Positions 27,208-40,149 of a stretch of DNA of 64,000 nucleotides are shown here, piece by piece. Within the stretch, counting starts at the first letter, position 1. Every line of letters begins with the position of its first letter. Source of the stretch: Camelus ferus (taxonomy: Eukaryota); the NCBI RefSeq assembly GCF_009834535.1, contig NC_045696.1, forward strand, positions 45,014,001-45,078,000, in the 5' to 3' direction. The position numbers were made by a program, and so were the translations under genes. Below the pieces are notes generated by a model. That model had not been told where the DNA came from. It made no database searches and saw only the letters and a list, made by a program, of their open reading frames with translations.

Positions 27208-28980
27208 GTCTGCAGTATCCATCAACTGCTAAGACAAGGCCCTGGGGAGAAAGAGAATTATGGAAATATGAGGTACCACCTCTGTCCTGGAAGAATGCCA
27301 CTTTCAGGGCAGAAGTAAGATCTGCCATGCTGAAGAATACAGAAGGGGTATTTAAGGAAGTGCTGGAGGAATTTCCAGAGAAGGAGGGTCTGTGGCAAGA
27401 AGAGCAAATGAATGGTAAGACAGGCTTGCAATACTATGCTGTAAATAAAGTTTATGTTTGATAGACCATTAAAAGAAAAAAAATTTATGAGACTGAATAC
27501 ATCAAAGGGCTTTTCTCTATGTATGAAAAAAACAGGAAACCACAGAGAACTGAAGAGAGACACCACATCAGAAGCCATTTAGAAGAAACACACGTCAGGC
27601 TCTGATTAAGGTTAACAAGATAACTGCTGTTCTAAAATACCAATGAAAACTTTTGATAATATTAGAAGGCTATTGATTTATGGTGAAGTGTAAATACACA
27701 ATTATGTCCAGCTTCGTTACAGTCCCTGTAGAAGTGGTGCCTAAGATGCACAGTTTTCTTTTCTGAATTAAAGTTTCCAATTCAATACACAAAAGGGACA
27801 TGAACCATCATATTCAAAATAAAAAAAAATTGCTGATTTAAGCATGGTATGAGTTTTCTTTTGTATGGAAATGTTCAGAGAATTCTGTCTTGTGTATACA
27901 GTATAGAAAGCAAATAGATTGGCCAGACAGACACCTTTCAGTATCTGTTACCATAAAAAAAATTATCCTCATCCCAATATTTAAGGTGCATGCAGATCAT
28001 AAGTCTTTTGAATATCCAAAGATTTCCCAGAGCAAATTATAAAAAATGTACAAGCTTCCAAAGTTGTAGTCTAACTTACTATTGGAACAACAATTTACAA
28101 AGAGGCAAGTTGCATTTCCACAGTACGTGTGCAAATGAGACTTGCCCCGGTTCTCTTTGTGATAAACTTAAGGTCCCAACAGGCATTTACCTGTTGAACC
28201 TTAGTCAAGAGTACTAACAGGGATTAAAGACAGCGTTATCTGGTTCACTTACTACATATAACTGGTTCGTACAACAGATACGATTCCTTTTTGATCAGCT
28301 GAGCCAAATACCTACCATGGGAAGAAGGTGGGGGGAACAGTGGGGGTTTCATGAGTGAAGAACAGAAATAAACTACAACGATTTCTAAAAACATAAAGTT
28401 GTGAAACTGCTGCACTAAGGATCTCAACTTTTCAAAGAGGATTTCAAGTTGCTACCACATTCTTTCCTGAGGTTTGTAGGGGGAGGGGAGAGGCAGAGGA
28501 TGACTGTTCACACCTTTAATTAAACTGCAGCAACACAGCGTGGTGGTTTCTACTCCCTCTTCTCCTTGAGATGAAGCTAGTGAGAGAAAACATTAATGGT
28601 AAATTGTTTTACAAATGCATGGAAACTTCAATGTACTGGAAGAGACCTGGGAAAAGGAGAGAGGCCGAGAAAGAAAAGGAATAGAATATAAAAGAGCCAA
28701 CTAAGCTGCAAACCCGCACCAACACAGAAGTGTTTTAATCTGTCCTTTTGCCACTTTCAATTATAAATCCCTTGAATTGCAAATTGAATTAACTTCAAAA
28801 TCCAATGAAAAGCACAAGTAACCATTAATCTACAAAGAACTGAATAAAAGTCCAATGGGTAGCCGGGCACCTATAATAACAACATGATTTCGGGATCTTT
28901 AGACTTCCAATAGGAATAAAAATGAGAGCTGCCAGTTACTGATGACTTACTACCTGCTAATCACCAAATTAACTTACGGT

Positions 28981-29103
28981 TAAAAAAAATATGAAAACAA
29001 ATGTATGTATGTTCCTATATGACCGAACTATCGTGCTGTACACCAGAAATTGACACAACATTGTAAACTGACAATACTTCAATAAAAATATATTTTAAAA
29101 AAA
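28981..29103 (+). mobile_element. Short young L1 3' tail (camelid-type)
   Basis: Closely matches the L1 3' end at ~59880-59975 (gctgtacaccagaaattgacacaacattgtaaactgac...ttcaataaaa). Confidence 0.88.
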
Positions 29104-30399
29104 GACAGTGACATATTTATCCTCATGATACAGATGGGGAAACTGAGGTTTAAAGAAGTGACCTGTCCAAGAAAGACCTTATATGTGCCAAGCATTTTGA
29201 CAGGTTCAAAACAAAAATATAAATAAAGCTACAATCTACAGGTGGAAAGACCTGTAAATAACTTGTGCTGTGCCATGTGCTAAGGTTATCATAGAAAAAG
29301 ATTCATGTGCTATGGGAACCCCAAAGAATGGAGAGTCTTGCGAACAGGGACTGGATCTTAATCATCTTTGCCCAAGACAAAGGAGTATGCAAATAAAATC
29401 TGTGTAATTAAACTGTGTCTAGGGAAGGCAAGGGAGTGTTTCATAGAGGAGGAACCCAAAATTTGACCGTGCTACCAGCTTTCTACAACAGAAATGGTTT
29501 CATGACTTAAAAAGAAAAATGACAGTCTATTTATATAATATTAGGAGATAATAACTTGATAAATTTGAAAATCCTGCAGTTTTAACACAAAAGTATAAGG
29601 AACACAAGACAAAAATGTACGGAAATTGATTTAAAAAAAAGGGCAAAACATTTCCAAGAAACTACAAGTTCATAAAAGGCTCTATAGGGTTTTATTTTTA
29701 ACTCACATAGAAAGAGAATCCATATAATAAAGTGTGAATCTCAACAAAGGATAGTGTGTTTGGAAACAGGAACTTCTGTATACTTCTGGTGTGAAAGAGA
29801 ATTTACAGAGCATTTCTACAAGACAATTTGGCAGAAAGTTTCAAACGCCTTTCACATTAACCCAGGAAACCTACTTCTATGGATTTCAATCAAGTAAATT
29901 ATATTTAAATATATATATATACAGCCATGCAAAGACTCATCCATGTCTCTTCAACAGTGTTGTTCATCATAGCAAAAAAGTAAAACAAATATTTTCAATA
30001 GTGATAGGACATATTACATCCATAAATTAGAATATTTTATAGCAATTAACAATTATATAAATATTTCTTGCCATGGAAAAGTATCCATGGTTTTAAATGA
30101 GAACAGCATTTTAAAATTGTATGTCTTTTATGATCAGTTCTAAAAACTGGAATATATGGAGAGATCAACACAAATTTTAATTGTTGATACCTGGATTGTG
30201 GTAGAATTACAAGCAACTTTTAAAATACTACTAATATGTTCTAATGGCTGAAAGGAATAAAAGATATACTAAAACTGTTTTAAAATATATTTTGTAATCA
30301 CAGATAATTAAAACAAAATTAGAACTGTATTTGCTTATAAAATTGTTTTATAGCTTGGAAATACAAAACAACTTACAGATTAAACTATGAGAAGAAAGA

Positions 30400-32160
30400 A
30401 GAGAATGCAACATGGTTGCTGAATATAAGACCACTATACAAAAATCAGTTGTATTTCTCTATATAAGCTATAATACATAATTAGAAAAAACTTAAAAATT
30501 TATAACAGCACCTGAAAATAAAAACTAAATAGGAATAAACCTAACAAAACAGGAGAAAAGCCATAGCACAAACACATACACATATATAAACAGAGATGGA
30601 AAAGACATAAAAGGGATGTAACACTTTAATGGCTTTGCAGACGTAATATTGTAAAGATGTCAATTCTCCCCAAATTGATTATTAGATTTATTACCATCCC
30701 AATAAAAAATTCTAGGAGATATTTTTGTAGTAGGAATTGATAGGCTGATTCTAAACTTTCAGGGAAATACGAAGAGCCAAGGATAGTTAAGCCAGTCTTC
30801 AATAAGAACAACACTGACAAGCTTTTACTCTTTACATTAATTAAGAGAGCATTGTGTTGGCATAAGGATAGACAAATAGACAATGGAACAAAACATATTT
30901 TGCAAACAAATGCAATCATATCTAGACACTACACGTGTAACATCAACTATATATAAACATAAGTGGGGAATGGATGATATTTCCAATAAATGCTGCTGAG
31001 TGAATGAAGATATATGGAAGAAAATGAATCAGGATCCTTAACTAATACCATATAAAAACCTATTTTAGATGAATATTAGATCTAAATACAAAAGATAAAG
31101 CAATAAAGTTTTCTGGAAGAAATATAAGAGAATAGATGCATTACTCTGGAGCAGACAAAAAATTTAAACAAGACCCAGTGATAAAAGGATAAAGGAAAAA
31201 ATAAATTAAAAACTTGTGTTCATGAAATGATGTTATTAACAACGTGAAAAAGAAAGCCACATATTGGGAGAAACCATTTACATACATATAATCAACAAAA
31301 GATTCACATCTATAATATAGAAACCCTTCTAAATGTTAATAATTACTACTCAAAAATGGGGCGAATAGTTTTCACATTCACACACACAAAAATCAAAATA
31401 TTCAATAAATACACAAAGATGTATTCAACTTCATTTGTCATCAGGGAAATGTAAATTAAGAGCAAAATTAGATTCTACTCTACCCTGCCCGAGTGGCTTA
31501 TTTAAAAAAAAAAAAAAAAAAAGGAAAGACAAATGATGTCATAAAATGTTGGAAAGGATACAGAACAATAGGAACCTTTATGCACCCCTCATAGGTGAGT
31601 AAACTGGCAAACCATTTTGGAAAAATCTTTGGTGGTCAACTAAAAGCTACTAAGGCTAAAACTATACATAAACTAGGAGCCAGCAATTCCATTCCTAGAT
31701 ACACATCCAATAGAAATGTATATATATGTTTTAAAATGTATTAAAAATGTCACAGCAGCACTACTGGTAATAATCCAAAGTAGGAAGAACCCTATGCCCA
31801 TCACCAATAGAATGAACAGGTAAACTGTGGTACAGCCATGCCCTGGAGCAGGGAGAAAGAGCAAAGTACTGCTATGTGCAAGAACACGGATGAATTTCAT
31901 AAACGTAACGAAGAGCGAAAAACCCTGATTTTTTTTAAAGGCTTCAACTATGTATAATTTCATGATGCTAGAAGTTAGGATACTTTGAGCAGGCAGTGAC
32001 TGCATGGGACTTGCTGAGGGGTTGAGGGGAAGGGGGATTCTGAACTGCAGATAATACACTATTTCCTTATTTGGGTGGCATTTACATTGGTGTGTTAAAA
32101 GAAAATTCCTCATCTTATATTTATGATTTGTATACTTCTCTGTATGCAAATTAAACTTTA
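30400..32160 (+). mobile_element. Old, highly decayed L1M (ORF2 3' half plus 3'UTR)
   Basis: Collinear L1 ORF2 remnants (aaaaatcagttgtatttct, aatattgtaaagatgtcaattctccccaaattgatt, ccagcaattccattcctag). Further fragments probably extend to ~29640. Boundaries approximate. Confidence 0.8.
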
Positions 32161-33648
32161 CATATTAAACTTTTAGTTTTACATTAAAATTCTGAGATTA
32201 AAAAGAGTAAGTAATGTGGGAACAGATAAAACACCTGCCATGGTATAAACAAGGAAATGAACATGTTTTCTTGTTGGTTTTTGGTTTTATTACTGTGGTG
32301 CTGGTGGTGGTGATAATAAGGACAGTTGTTTAAAATCCGTTCTAGCTCAAGGATATAAAATGTCACCTGGACTTTAAACAAAATGAAAATCTGTTCTAGC
32401 TATATTAACCCATTCCTATCTTTAATTTCATTTGAACTTTGCTCAGAAAATTCACCTTGATCAACAAAGATATGTTAGGTGGCAGTACTTTTAAATTGCT
32501 TTTAGTCAGAAGATAACAAAACATCCATAAGATATTTGATGATTTGATTTTTATTATGGATGCCAGATATTAGCACAGTGATTCCCAAGTCTGTTGATAT
32601 TTTGTATATCGTTATTCCTTAAGTCCATGCATTGCCTGTAATGACTATTTGTTAGTGGATATGAAAATAGATTCTGAAGAAGCTACTACAGCTCTTGCTC
32701 TTCTATCACTAAAAGAAAAACAACTGTTTTCCAGTAACCCACAGAAAGAACATACCAAAACCATTCTGGTCAAATAGTCGCGTTCCAACTCATCACAGAG
32801 AGGACAGTAACTATGGTTACCAAGGATATTCATAATTAGATTTAACCATTCTTCCTCATAAATAAAAATTCCTGATTCTTATACAGAAAGACACAAGAGA
32901 CTGCATATTTGTGATAGATTATTTTTTTTGTCAAGAAAATTCCTCATGTCTTGTTTACAGTGGACAAGAATTACTTCTCTGTATAAGGGACAAGTATCAC
33001 TCTTATTTTCACATTCTGAAGCTTAAATTTAGAATCAAACATTTTTTGTAAGATTGTAGAAACAAGGAAATGGATTCTTTAATATTATTCTTGATCTTCT
33101 CAATAAACTCATTCATGTGATACACTTGATAATTTCTAACTCCTGGTCTCCCAATCTAACTTTTGAACATAATAAACAGCAAATTTAATGTAACCATGAA
33201 GTTACTTTATACTTAGTAATTAAATTATTACTTTGTAATTCCATTTATTTTCCAGCTCTGAAAATAAAGTATATTGGTGGAAAAGAATGGGAAGAAAAGC
33301 TGCAAATATAATCCACAAAAATATGTCAAAATTCCATTAAAAATTTTTCCACTTCTAAATCCTCACAGAAGAAACTATATACATACTACTGTGCATAAGC
33401 AGATCCCCCAAAATTTCTTTTACTAAGAGAAACTGATGACTGCTGATTAACAAAGCAGAAATAACACTAGCAGAGAAAAACAATTATTATTGTTTCCTAC
33501 TGATAATCAACATTCAGAATGAGGAAAACAGGAAAATGAAGCATTAGAAATCTATTAATAAAAAGGAGATCCTAAATAATATTTTTTAAGTTTTATTTAG
33601 TTTGCTAAGTCACAATTTCTCCACCAGCAGAACACAGTTCTGAAGAAC

Positions 33649-34070
33649 TGTAAAGAGTCTGAGATTCTACCCTATTTGCGAGCTAACAAGTTGTCCTCTC
33701 ACAGTTGCAAGGATGCTGGCAGAAGATACAGGATTTGTGGGTCAGAGCGGCAAAGCCAAAGGACTTTGTTACTCACAGGAAGCAGTGGTCAGAGTATCAG
33801 CATTTTCTTGAACTTGCTCCCTGAGCCTTAATTCCCAAAGGATGATGCAAAGAGAGCCAGGTGACATCTGTACACACAGTGACTTCTGTTAACTGGAGAG
33901 AAACCTAGAGCTTAGGGAGCCCAAATATTTTACAGTGGTTAGTTAGTGAGTATACCTGTCCTTTGATCCACAGAGGAATATTATCCTTATGTTACAAGGT
34001 TGTGAGCAAACATGCTTTTTGCTCCAGAAGGAGAAACTGTCTCTTTACCTGCAAACATAGAAACATCTCA
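33649..34070 (-). mobile_element. Solo LTR, probably ERVL class (MER54/MER74/MER88-like)
   Basis: tgtaaagagtctgagattctaccctatttgcgagctaacaagtt...ggatgctggcagaaga...gggtcagag...aaaggactttgttactcacag matches a reversed LTR consensus as I recall it. The right boundary is uncertain. Confidence 0.65.
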
Positions 34071-35121
34071 CGGAGGAGAGAACAAACATGCAGAGGGATT
34101 AAGAATCAGGACCTTTTTGAATCCGGGGGCACATTAAATACTTTGTAAAAAAAAAAAAAAAAAAAAAGGCTTCCACTGAATACAACATTAAGAACTTCTA
34201 AGAATGGGAATATAACTGGCTTAAAAACTGTGTTAGTGAATTAAATCAAACTGACCAGCTGGCTGGAACTAAGAAATGGAAAAATGTGAACTCCGCTTTT
34301 TTTAAAAAAAAAAAATAGGACCTTGCACAGAGCTTTTTAAATGATAGTTTAGAAACACAATTTCTGTGTTCTAGTAACTGGCTGAATATTCAGAAGTATT
34401 CAAAAAGCATTAATGGTCTAGGCAAAGGGTGTGAATATACTTTCCTAATTTGGCAGAGCAGACAAAAAAAAAATTAATTCTCAAGATAGGGAAGTAAAAT
34501 AAGTAGCCAAAATCGAGATACAAACAGGTTAAACAGTAGAGGACAAGGTTAGGATTTTATTTTATCATTAGGGAGCTTAGCAACTTCAAAATAAGAAAAA
34601 GTACTTTCAGACTCTCCCTCCTCGGATGGCTCGTCGTAATTCACCAGCAGTCTCGGTACAAGGCCAGACACACTAATCTACCTACTCAGTGCAGAGCAAA
34701 ACCCCGCGCGCTTACTCTGTGCACACAAAAAACCCAACAGGGCTATTCAGTGCAACACAGGGGGCCTACTCAGACTCTGGTTATAAAGGAGACTCACAGA
34801 ATGTTAAAAGAGCAAATAAATTAAGTTATAAATGTCATCTTGTTACCACATCTGACGAAAACTTTTAAGTCTTTATCTAGCTGATCTTTCAGTACTGGTC
34901 TGAAAGATCTGGTTCATCTCCCTCTTTCTTTAAATCCTACCTTCCTCTAGCATCTATAATACCACACTCCTCAGGTTTTACGTCTACTTTTCAGCAATGC
35001 CTCCATTTCCTTAAATTTCCTCTGTGCATACTTCATTCATCAAAATTCTTCAAGGATCTGTCCTTTTCATTCTCCCTGCACATTCTCCATGGTCAATAGT
35101 CCTGTGGCTTCACATAGCTCT

Positions 35122-35420
35122 CAGAGATTATAAACTCATATCTGGAGACCAGGCAGACATTGCATGAGTCCAAGTAAGGACTGCAATGAATTGGAGGAGG
35201 GCACATCTAAACTGGGCAGCTAGCACCCATATCCAGCCAAGTGCTGCCCTGTCAGAAATCAGATCCAGTGTTGCCATCACTCCCAGTTTCTCAGTGAAAT
35301 TCAATACAATATTTTTGTGTAAAATCAGTACTTTTTTAAAGTTAACATCCAATTTTTTAATGTAAATACTGCCTGAGGCCAAAAAAACACTCCACAGGCT
35401 GTCAAACTGCAAAATCATAA
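35122..35420. mobile_element. hAT-Charlie MER102/MER103-like element nested in an L2 relic (~34900-36230)
   Basis: ccagtgttgcca...tttttgtgtaaaatc...ggccaaaaaaacac motifs, with L2-like pyrimidine-rich flanks. Confidence 0.55.
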
Positions 35421-37744
35421 ATGTACTGTCAATCCTTAAATCTGTCTCTAATTCTACATTCCTTCTCTCAAGGTTGTATATACAGCCTACTCATAGACAT
35501 CACCAAGTGAATTTATCTAGATGCACCAAACTGAACCTAGGTCAAACTGAATTTATCTGGTCGCCAAAATTCCTCTTCTTCCTATTTTTCCCAGTGCTAG
35601 TAAATGGTACCTAATTGTTCAAGTCAGAGCTTGAGGCATCACATTTGACTCAGACTCATTTCTCATACCTCATATATCTTAATAATCAAGTGTGGCTAAT
35701 TTTATCTCCATATCATTCTCAAATTCATGAATCTATCTATCTATTTGTTTATTTCACCTAGTTTTCTACAACAGTCTCCTACCCATCTCTCTCCTAATTA
35801 ATCAGTTCCTGAAGTGTGAAGTGGAACAGGGGAGCTGGAGAAGGCAGAGGGCAGTCAGAGACCCCAGGGGGTACACAAGATAATCCTATTTAGGGTGAGA
35901 AAAAAAGTACTGAAATACTACCTGCATTTTTGTATATTTAAACAAATTTATTTTATATAATATATAAGAATATATATCATTTGTAGAGTAATATGTATTT
36001 TTATACATATGTATATATGTAGATGATACAAACAGATACTATATGCTCAAAAAGTAGTTAGCAATAAAAGAGTAATAAGGAATATGATCGACTGGGCTTG
36101 GAAACCACTGCTCCAATTCATCATCCACACTTGCAGCAAGAGTGGTCCACCTGAAATCCAAAGTTGACCACTTTCCTACTTAAATCCCATCTATGGGTTC
36201 CCATTGTTCTCAGGGTTCCAAAGAACAAAGTTTTAAAAGTGCAACTCTGCATATGGAAAAAGTCCAAAGGGCCAGATGCAGACAGAGCTTTCAGAGCACA
36301 GTCCAAGAGAGAAAATAGCAATTTTCAGTACTTTGGTCCTTGAGGCAGGGTAACTCCTACAGTGGATCATAAACCACCACCCTGTACTTGGATTCCATGT
36401 TTACCAAGGAATGTACTGCATATGCTATGGCTCTACGTACAATTTATCTACACTGACGTGAGCATCCTCACCTGCTTGACAGCAGCATTACTCATAGTAA
36501 GGTAATAAAACCACTATTCTGGACTTCAGATCAGGTTGTGAGATCAGTAAAAATGTGTTCATTCTCGAAACATACTCGTGAGTTCTAATGAAATCAGGTT
36601 TCAAGGTTGAGATCCAGAACCTAATTCATGGTGATTTCACTGAGATAAATGTCACTTATTGAGGGCTTCACAGTGAAGAAAAGAAGGAAAAAGTAAACAA
36701 CAACAAAAAAAAATTGCCATTTACGGAACCTTGAAGTTACTCTGCATCTTTCTTTGGAAAGACAGCAGGCACTCTGAGAATTCTGTCCCACCGACAGCAT
36801 TCTCCCCTGCATGGACTGTGTTCTCCCTGTTAACACGTGTGCCACCCACACAAAATGCCAGCTCCTGCATGGAGCATCAGCACTCCTCCGACCACTCCAG
36901 TAAATAATTAACTTACTATCTGTGACATTCCATAAGCATTTCTGTAATGGGAACTGATTTTAAATATTTATCATCTTTGTATACACTGTCTTCCCCAAAC
37001 TGAATACATACTGCTTAAACGTAGAACATTAAAATTTCACATCTTACTTGCTTTTTCTATCTAGGATTTTGTTACAATGAGTTGAACAAAACACTCCTGT
37101 AATTTTACTTTCCTCATTGATATAAACAGAGTTTGCTTTTTTAAAAATAGGCAGTGATAGTAGTTGACTAAAAAATAGAAACATTAAATAGCAATTTTTG
37201 AGTTTTAGTTCAGTTCTTTCTCTCTGAAGTTCCTGCTGCATATTTTCCTTGTTAAAGTCCTAATTTCTATCATGCACCCCCCTTTAATTAAATGACTATG
37301 TTGCCTTTTCTTGGATTAGAGGAAAATTGATCTAGTTAATATGCTTTAAAAATGTATCTCACTCATTGAAAAGGTAAAGAAACCATTGTCCTTTGTTTCT
37401 TATTAAAAGTGAAAAGAAAATACAGGAAACCAAAGAAGGGCCTTACCACTTCCCCAGGAAATCAAAGGTAGATGTAATGAATTGCGTTTTAAATAGACCG
37501 TTTTTCTCCATGGTCAGCAGTATGGTTTCTCATATTTTACCAAACGTTTACATAGGGATATACACAATTTTAGACAAATTGTATTAATTTTTTTGGATTT
37601 TGCTTTTAGATTTCTAGGGACCATGGACTCTCCATCATATAAAGTAAATAGCAATGATGCTATTTGTAGAATAATTAATAAATATATTCCTGGGGTTCTG
37701 AGCAAGATTAAAGTTTTAAATTGGTTAATTATCCTGCAACACAT

Positions 37745-37975
37745 TATTTACTACGTGTCAGACACTGTTCCATCTGCCTGACAGGTCGCTACATTTTAGC
37801 TCTTTTAACCTCTGCAACTACCCTGGACAGTAGGTACTGCTGTTACTATCATCCACATTTTATAGCTGAAGAAACTGATGCGTGGAAAAACCAAGTAGCT
37901 TGCCTGCAGTCACAAAGCCAGTAAATGCTGCGGTCGGAAGCTGAGCACAGAAGACCCGCCTGCGGGCCCACACCT
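37745..37975 (-). mobile_element. MIR SINE relic
   Basis: atccacattttatagctgaagaaactgatgc...agcttgcctgcagtcacaaagccagtaaatg is the MIR core. Confidence 0.7.
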
Positions 37976-38579
37976 AAGCATGCGGCCTCCCGATCAAGCA
38001 AGCAGCAAGCGCTGCCCCTCCCCTCACACGTGCGCACACTCACACACGTCCCTCCGCTCCTCAGCTCGTCTGAGTTAAGTGAGCAACAGTTCCTGAAAGC
38101 TGCACATGAGACGCTGAGCTGAGCCACCTCGGGAAACACAAATATTGATTAAATAAGTATGATTTCATGGGGCTTATAGTCTAATGGGAAGATAACTAAA
38201 CAAATAATCTAGATCTAGTAAAAAGATCTAGTAATAAGGAATGGAATCATGAGCAAGATGAACTTTGAGGAATTAGTGAGAACTAATTACGCCAGAGATA
38301 AAAATCTTCAAGTGGAAGGAACAATGCGGGCAAAGACATAGAAATCTGTAACTGCTGATGCGTCAGTAAAGACCCAAATAGTTCCACCTGACTGAAGAAC
38401 AGGATGTCAGTAAAGGAAGAGAGGACTGAAATGATAGAAAAACACACCGTGAGCTTAACAATTACTGAGCATCTGTTATGTATACAGTACCCAAAGGACT
38501 CATGCAATAGCCATTTAAAGAACAGTGTTTATCTCAAACTTTCAAGTTTATCCCTTCCCACCCCCTTTGGAAACATTAA

Positions 38580-38790
38580 CTACTATAATATAAAAATAGA
38601 TAAAAAACAAATTTCTTCTGTTTAGCACAGGGAATTACATTCAATATCTTGTAATAACCTTTAGTAAAAAAGAATATGAAAACGAATATATATGTATTTA
38701 TATGTATGACTGGGACATTATGCTGTACACCAGAGATTGACACACTAACTGATTATACTTCAATAATAAATTAAAATGAAAAAAAATAAA
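38580..38790 (+). mobile_element. Short L1 3' tail (camelid-type)
   Basis: tagcacagggaattacattcaatatcttgtaataacct...gaatatgaaaacgaatata...tgctgtacaccagagattgacac, ending in an A-rich tail. Confidence 0.85.
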
Positions 38791-39229
38791 GAATGTTTAA
38801 ACTTTGTACTGAAAATGGAGCTAGCCTATATGAAAGCATTGGACACAGAGTTTGATATATCGTACATCTAATAAAAGCATTTTTTAAACTAATTTTGGGG
38901 TAGAAATTCAACCAGGACTTCATATTTGAGCAGGAAAGACCCACATAACAAAGCTACATTCAATAATATATCTAAAATATAACAGAAACACAAAATATGG
39001 GGCAATTAAAGTTGAACACGTGGGAGGGGATATATCAGTGAGAACCACCCAGAAAAGGGGGGCTCTGAACTAGACCTGAGGAAGGGTGTCAAAATTCTGG
39101 TACCGTGGAAAGGAAAGAAGAGGGAAGAGCAGCATTTCAGAGAGAATTGTAGGAAATGATGATTTTAAAAAATCAATGTGTAGATCATAAAGTTATTGAA
39201 AATTCTGTGCACACGATAGATATCATCCA

Positions 39230-39860
39230 TCCATCCAACCACGCAGCCAACCATCCACCCATCCGTCCAATTATTCATCAAGCCTGTTAACACTTATTAG
39301 TGCTTACACATTCTAAGAAATGTGCCAGGCTCTGAGGAAGCTTCCCAGTCTATTGGGAAATGCAAACAGGTCAGCAGTTCACTGCAATCTAGCGTGCTAG
39401 ATCTGAGCTCAGGTACCTGGGAGAACAGAGCAGGCACGTGCACCTTACAGTAGGGTCATCAAGAAACGCTTCCAAAGGAAAACTCTGGGCAGGGTGTGGG
39501 TAACTGGTTTTCCAAGCAATGGGTGCAGTGTAGGGAAACAGACACTGAGGTGTGAAAGAAAAAAGCATACCAGGGAAATCAGGCTAGAGTGTTGAGTAGC
39601 TTGTTTCTTTGAGGATGAACTGAGTACAGAGGTGAAGCTAGAAAAACATTTCCTACAGCTTGTCACATTAAAAGGGTTTTAGACTTTAACCCAGAATCAG
39701 TAATAATTCATGGAAGCATTTCAGGCAACAACAAAAAAATTAGAATGGATACTTCTGCTTTTTAGAGCTCACTGGTCTCACTAAGAGAAAATAATGGGTT
39801 AGAACTTGAAGGGAAGGATAGCGAGAAGACACAAAGATTCAGGAGATAGAATCCATGGTT
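39230..39860 (-). mobile_element. L2 3' fragment
   Basis: (CATC)n/cattc-type tail, cacttattagtgcttac...gtgccaggc, and a purine-rich L2 body. Boundaries approximate. Confidence 0.5.
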
Positions 39861-40029
39861 CTTGTTGAATTATAATTTGGCTGGAAACACATGTTTAAAT
39901 CTCCTCTATGTCAAGTAGTGCTCAGCACAAGTAACCTAAGAACTGCTACCTGACCTGCTTATTAGAAAAATAACTGTCACCCAGAGTCTAACCACATTAA
40001 TGGGTCTTTTAAACAGCTAGTAATACATT

Positions 40030-40149
40030 TTTTTAAATGAAGTACCGTCAGTTTACATTGTTGTGTTAATTTCTGGTGTACAGCATAGTGACTCAGTTAC
40101 ACATGTATCTATATATCCTTTTCATATTCTTTTTCACTATAGACTATCA
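40030..40149 (-). mobile_element. Short L1 3' tail in the same orientation as CBLB
   Basis: Reverse complement of the L1 terminus (cagtttacattgttgtgttaatttctggtgtacagcatagtgactcagtt). Possible TSD acatttttt at 40025-40033 and 40150-40158. Confidence 0.82.

Noticed and set aside
28270..28400. Minus-strand stretch loosely resembling a later Cbl-b peptide (QKGIV), plus a possible cryptic exon (ttttag...CCATG|gtagg)
   Set aside because: The similarity covers only about five residues and needs a frameshift. The splice signals are weak and there is no supporting evidence, so this is likely chance.
34681..34777. Repeat-spacer pattern superficially like a CRISPR array
   Set aside because: It lies in a mammalian intron, the cores are short and non-identical, and there are no cas genes.
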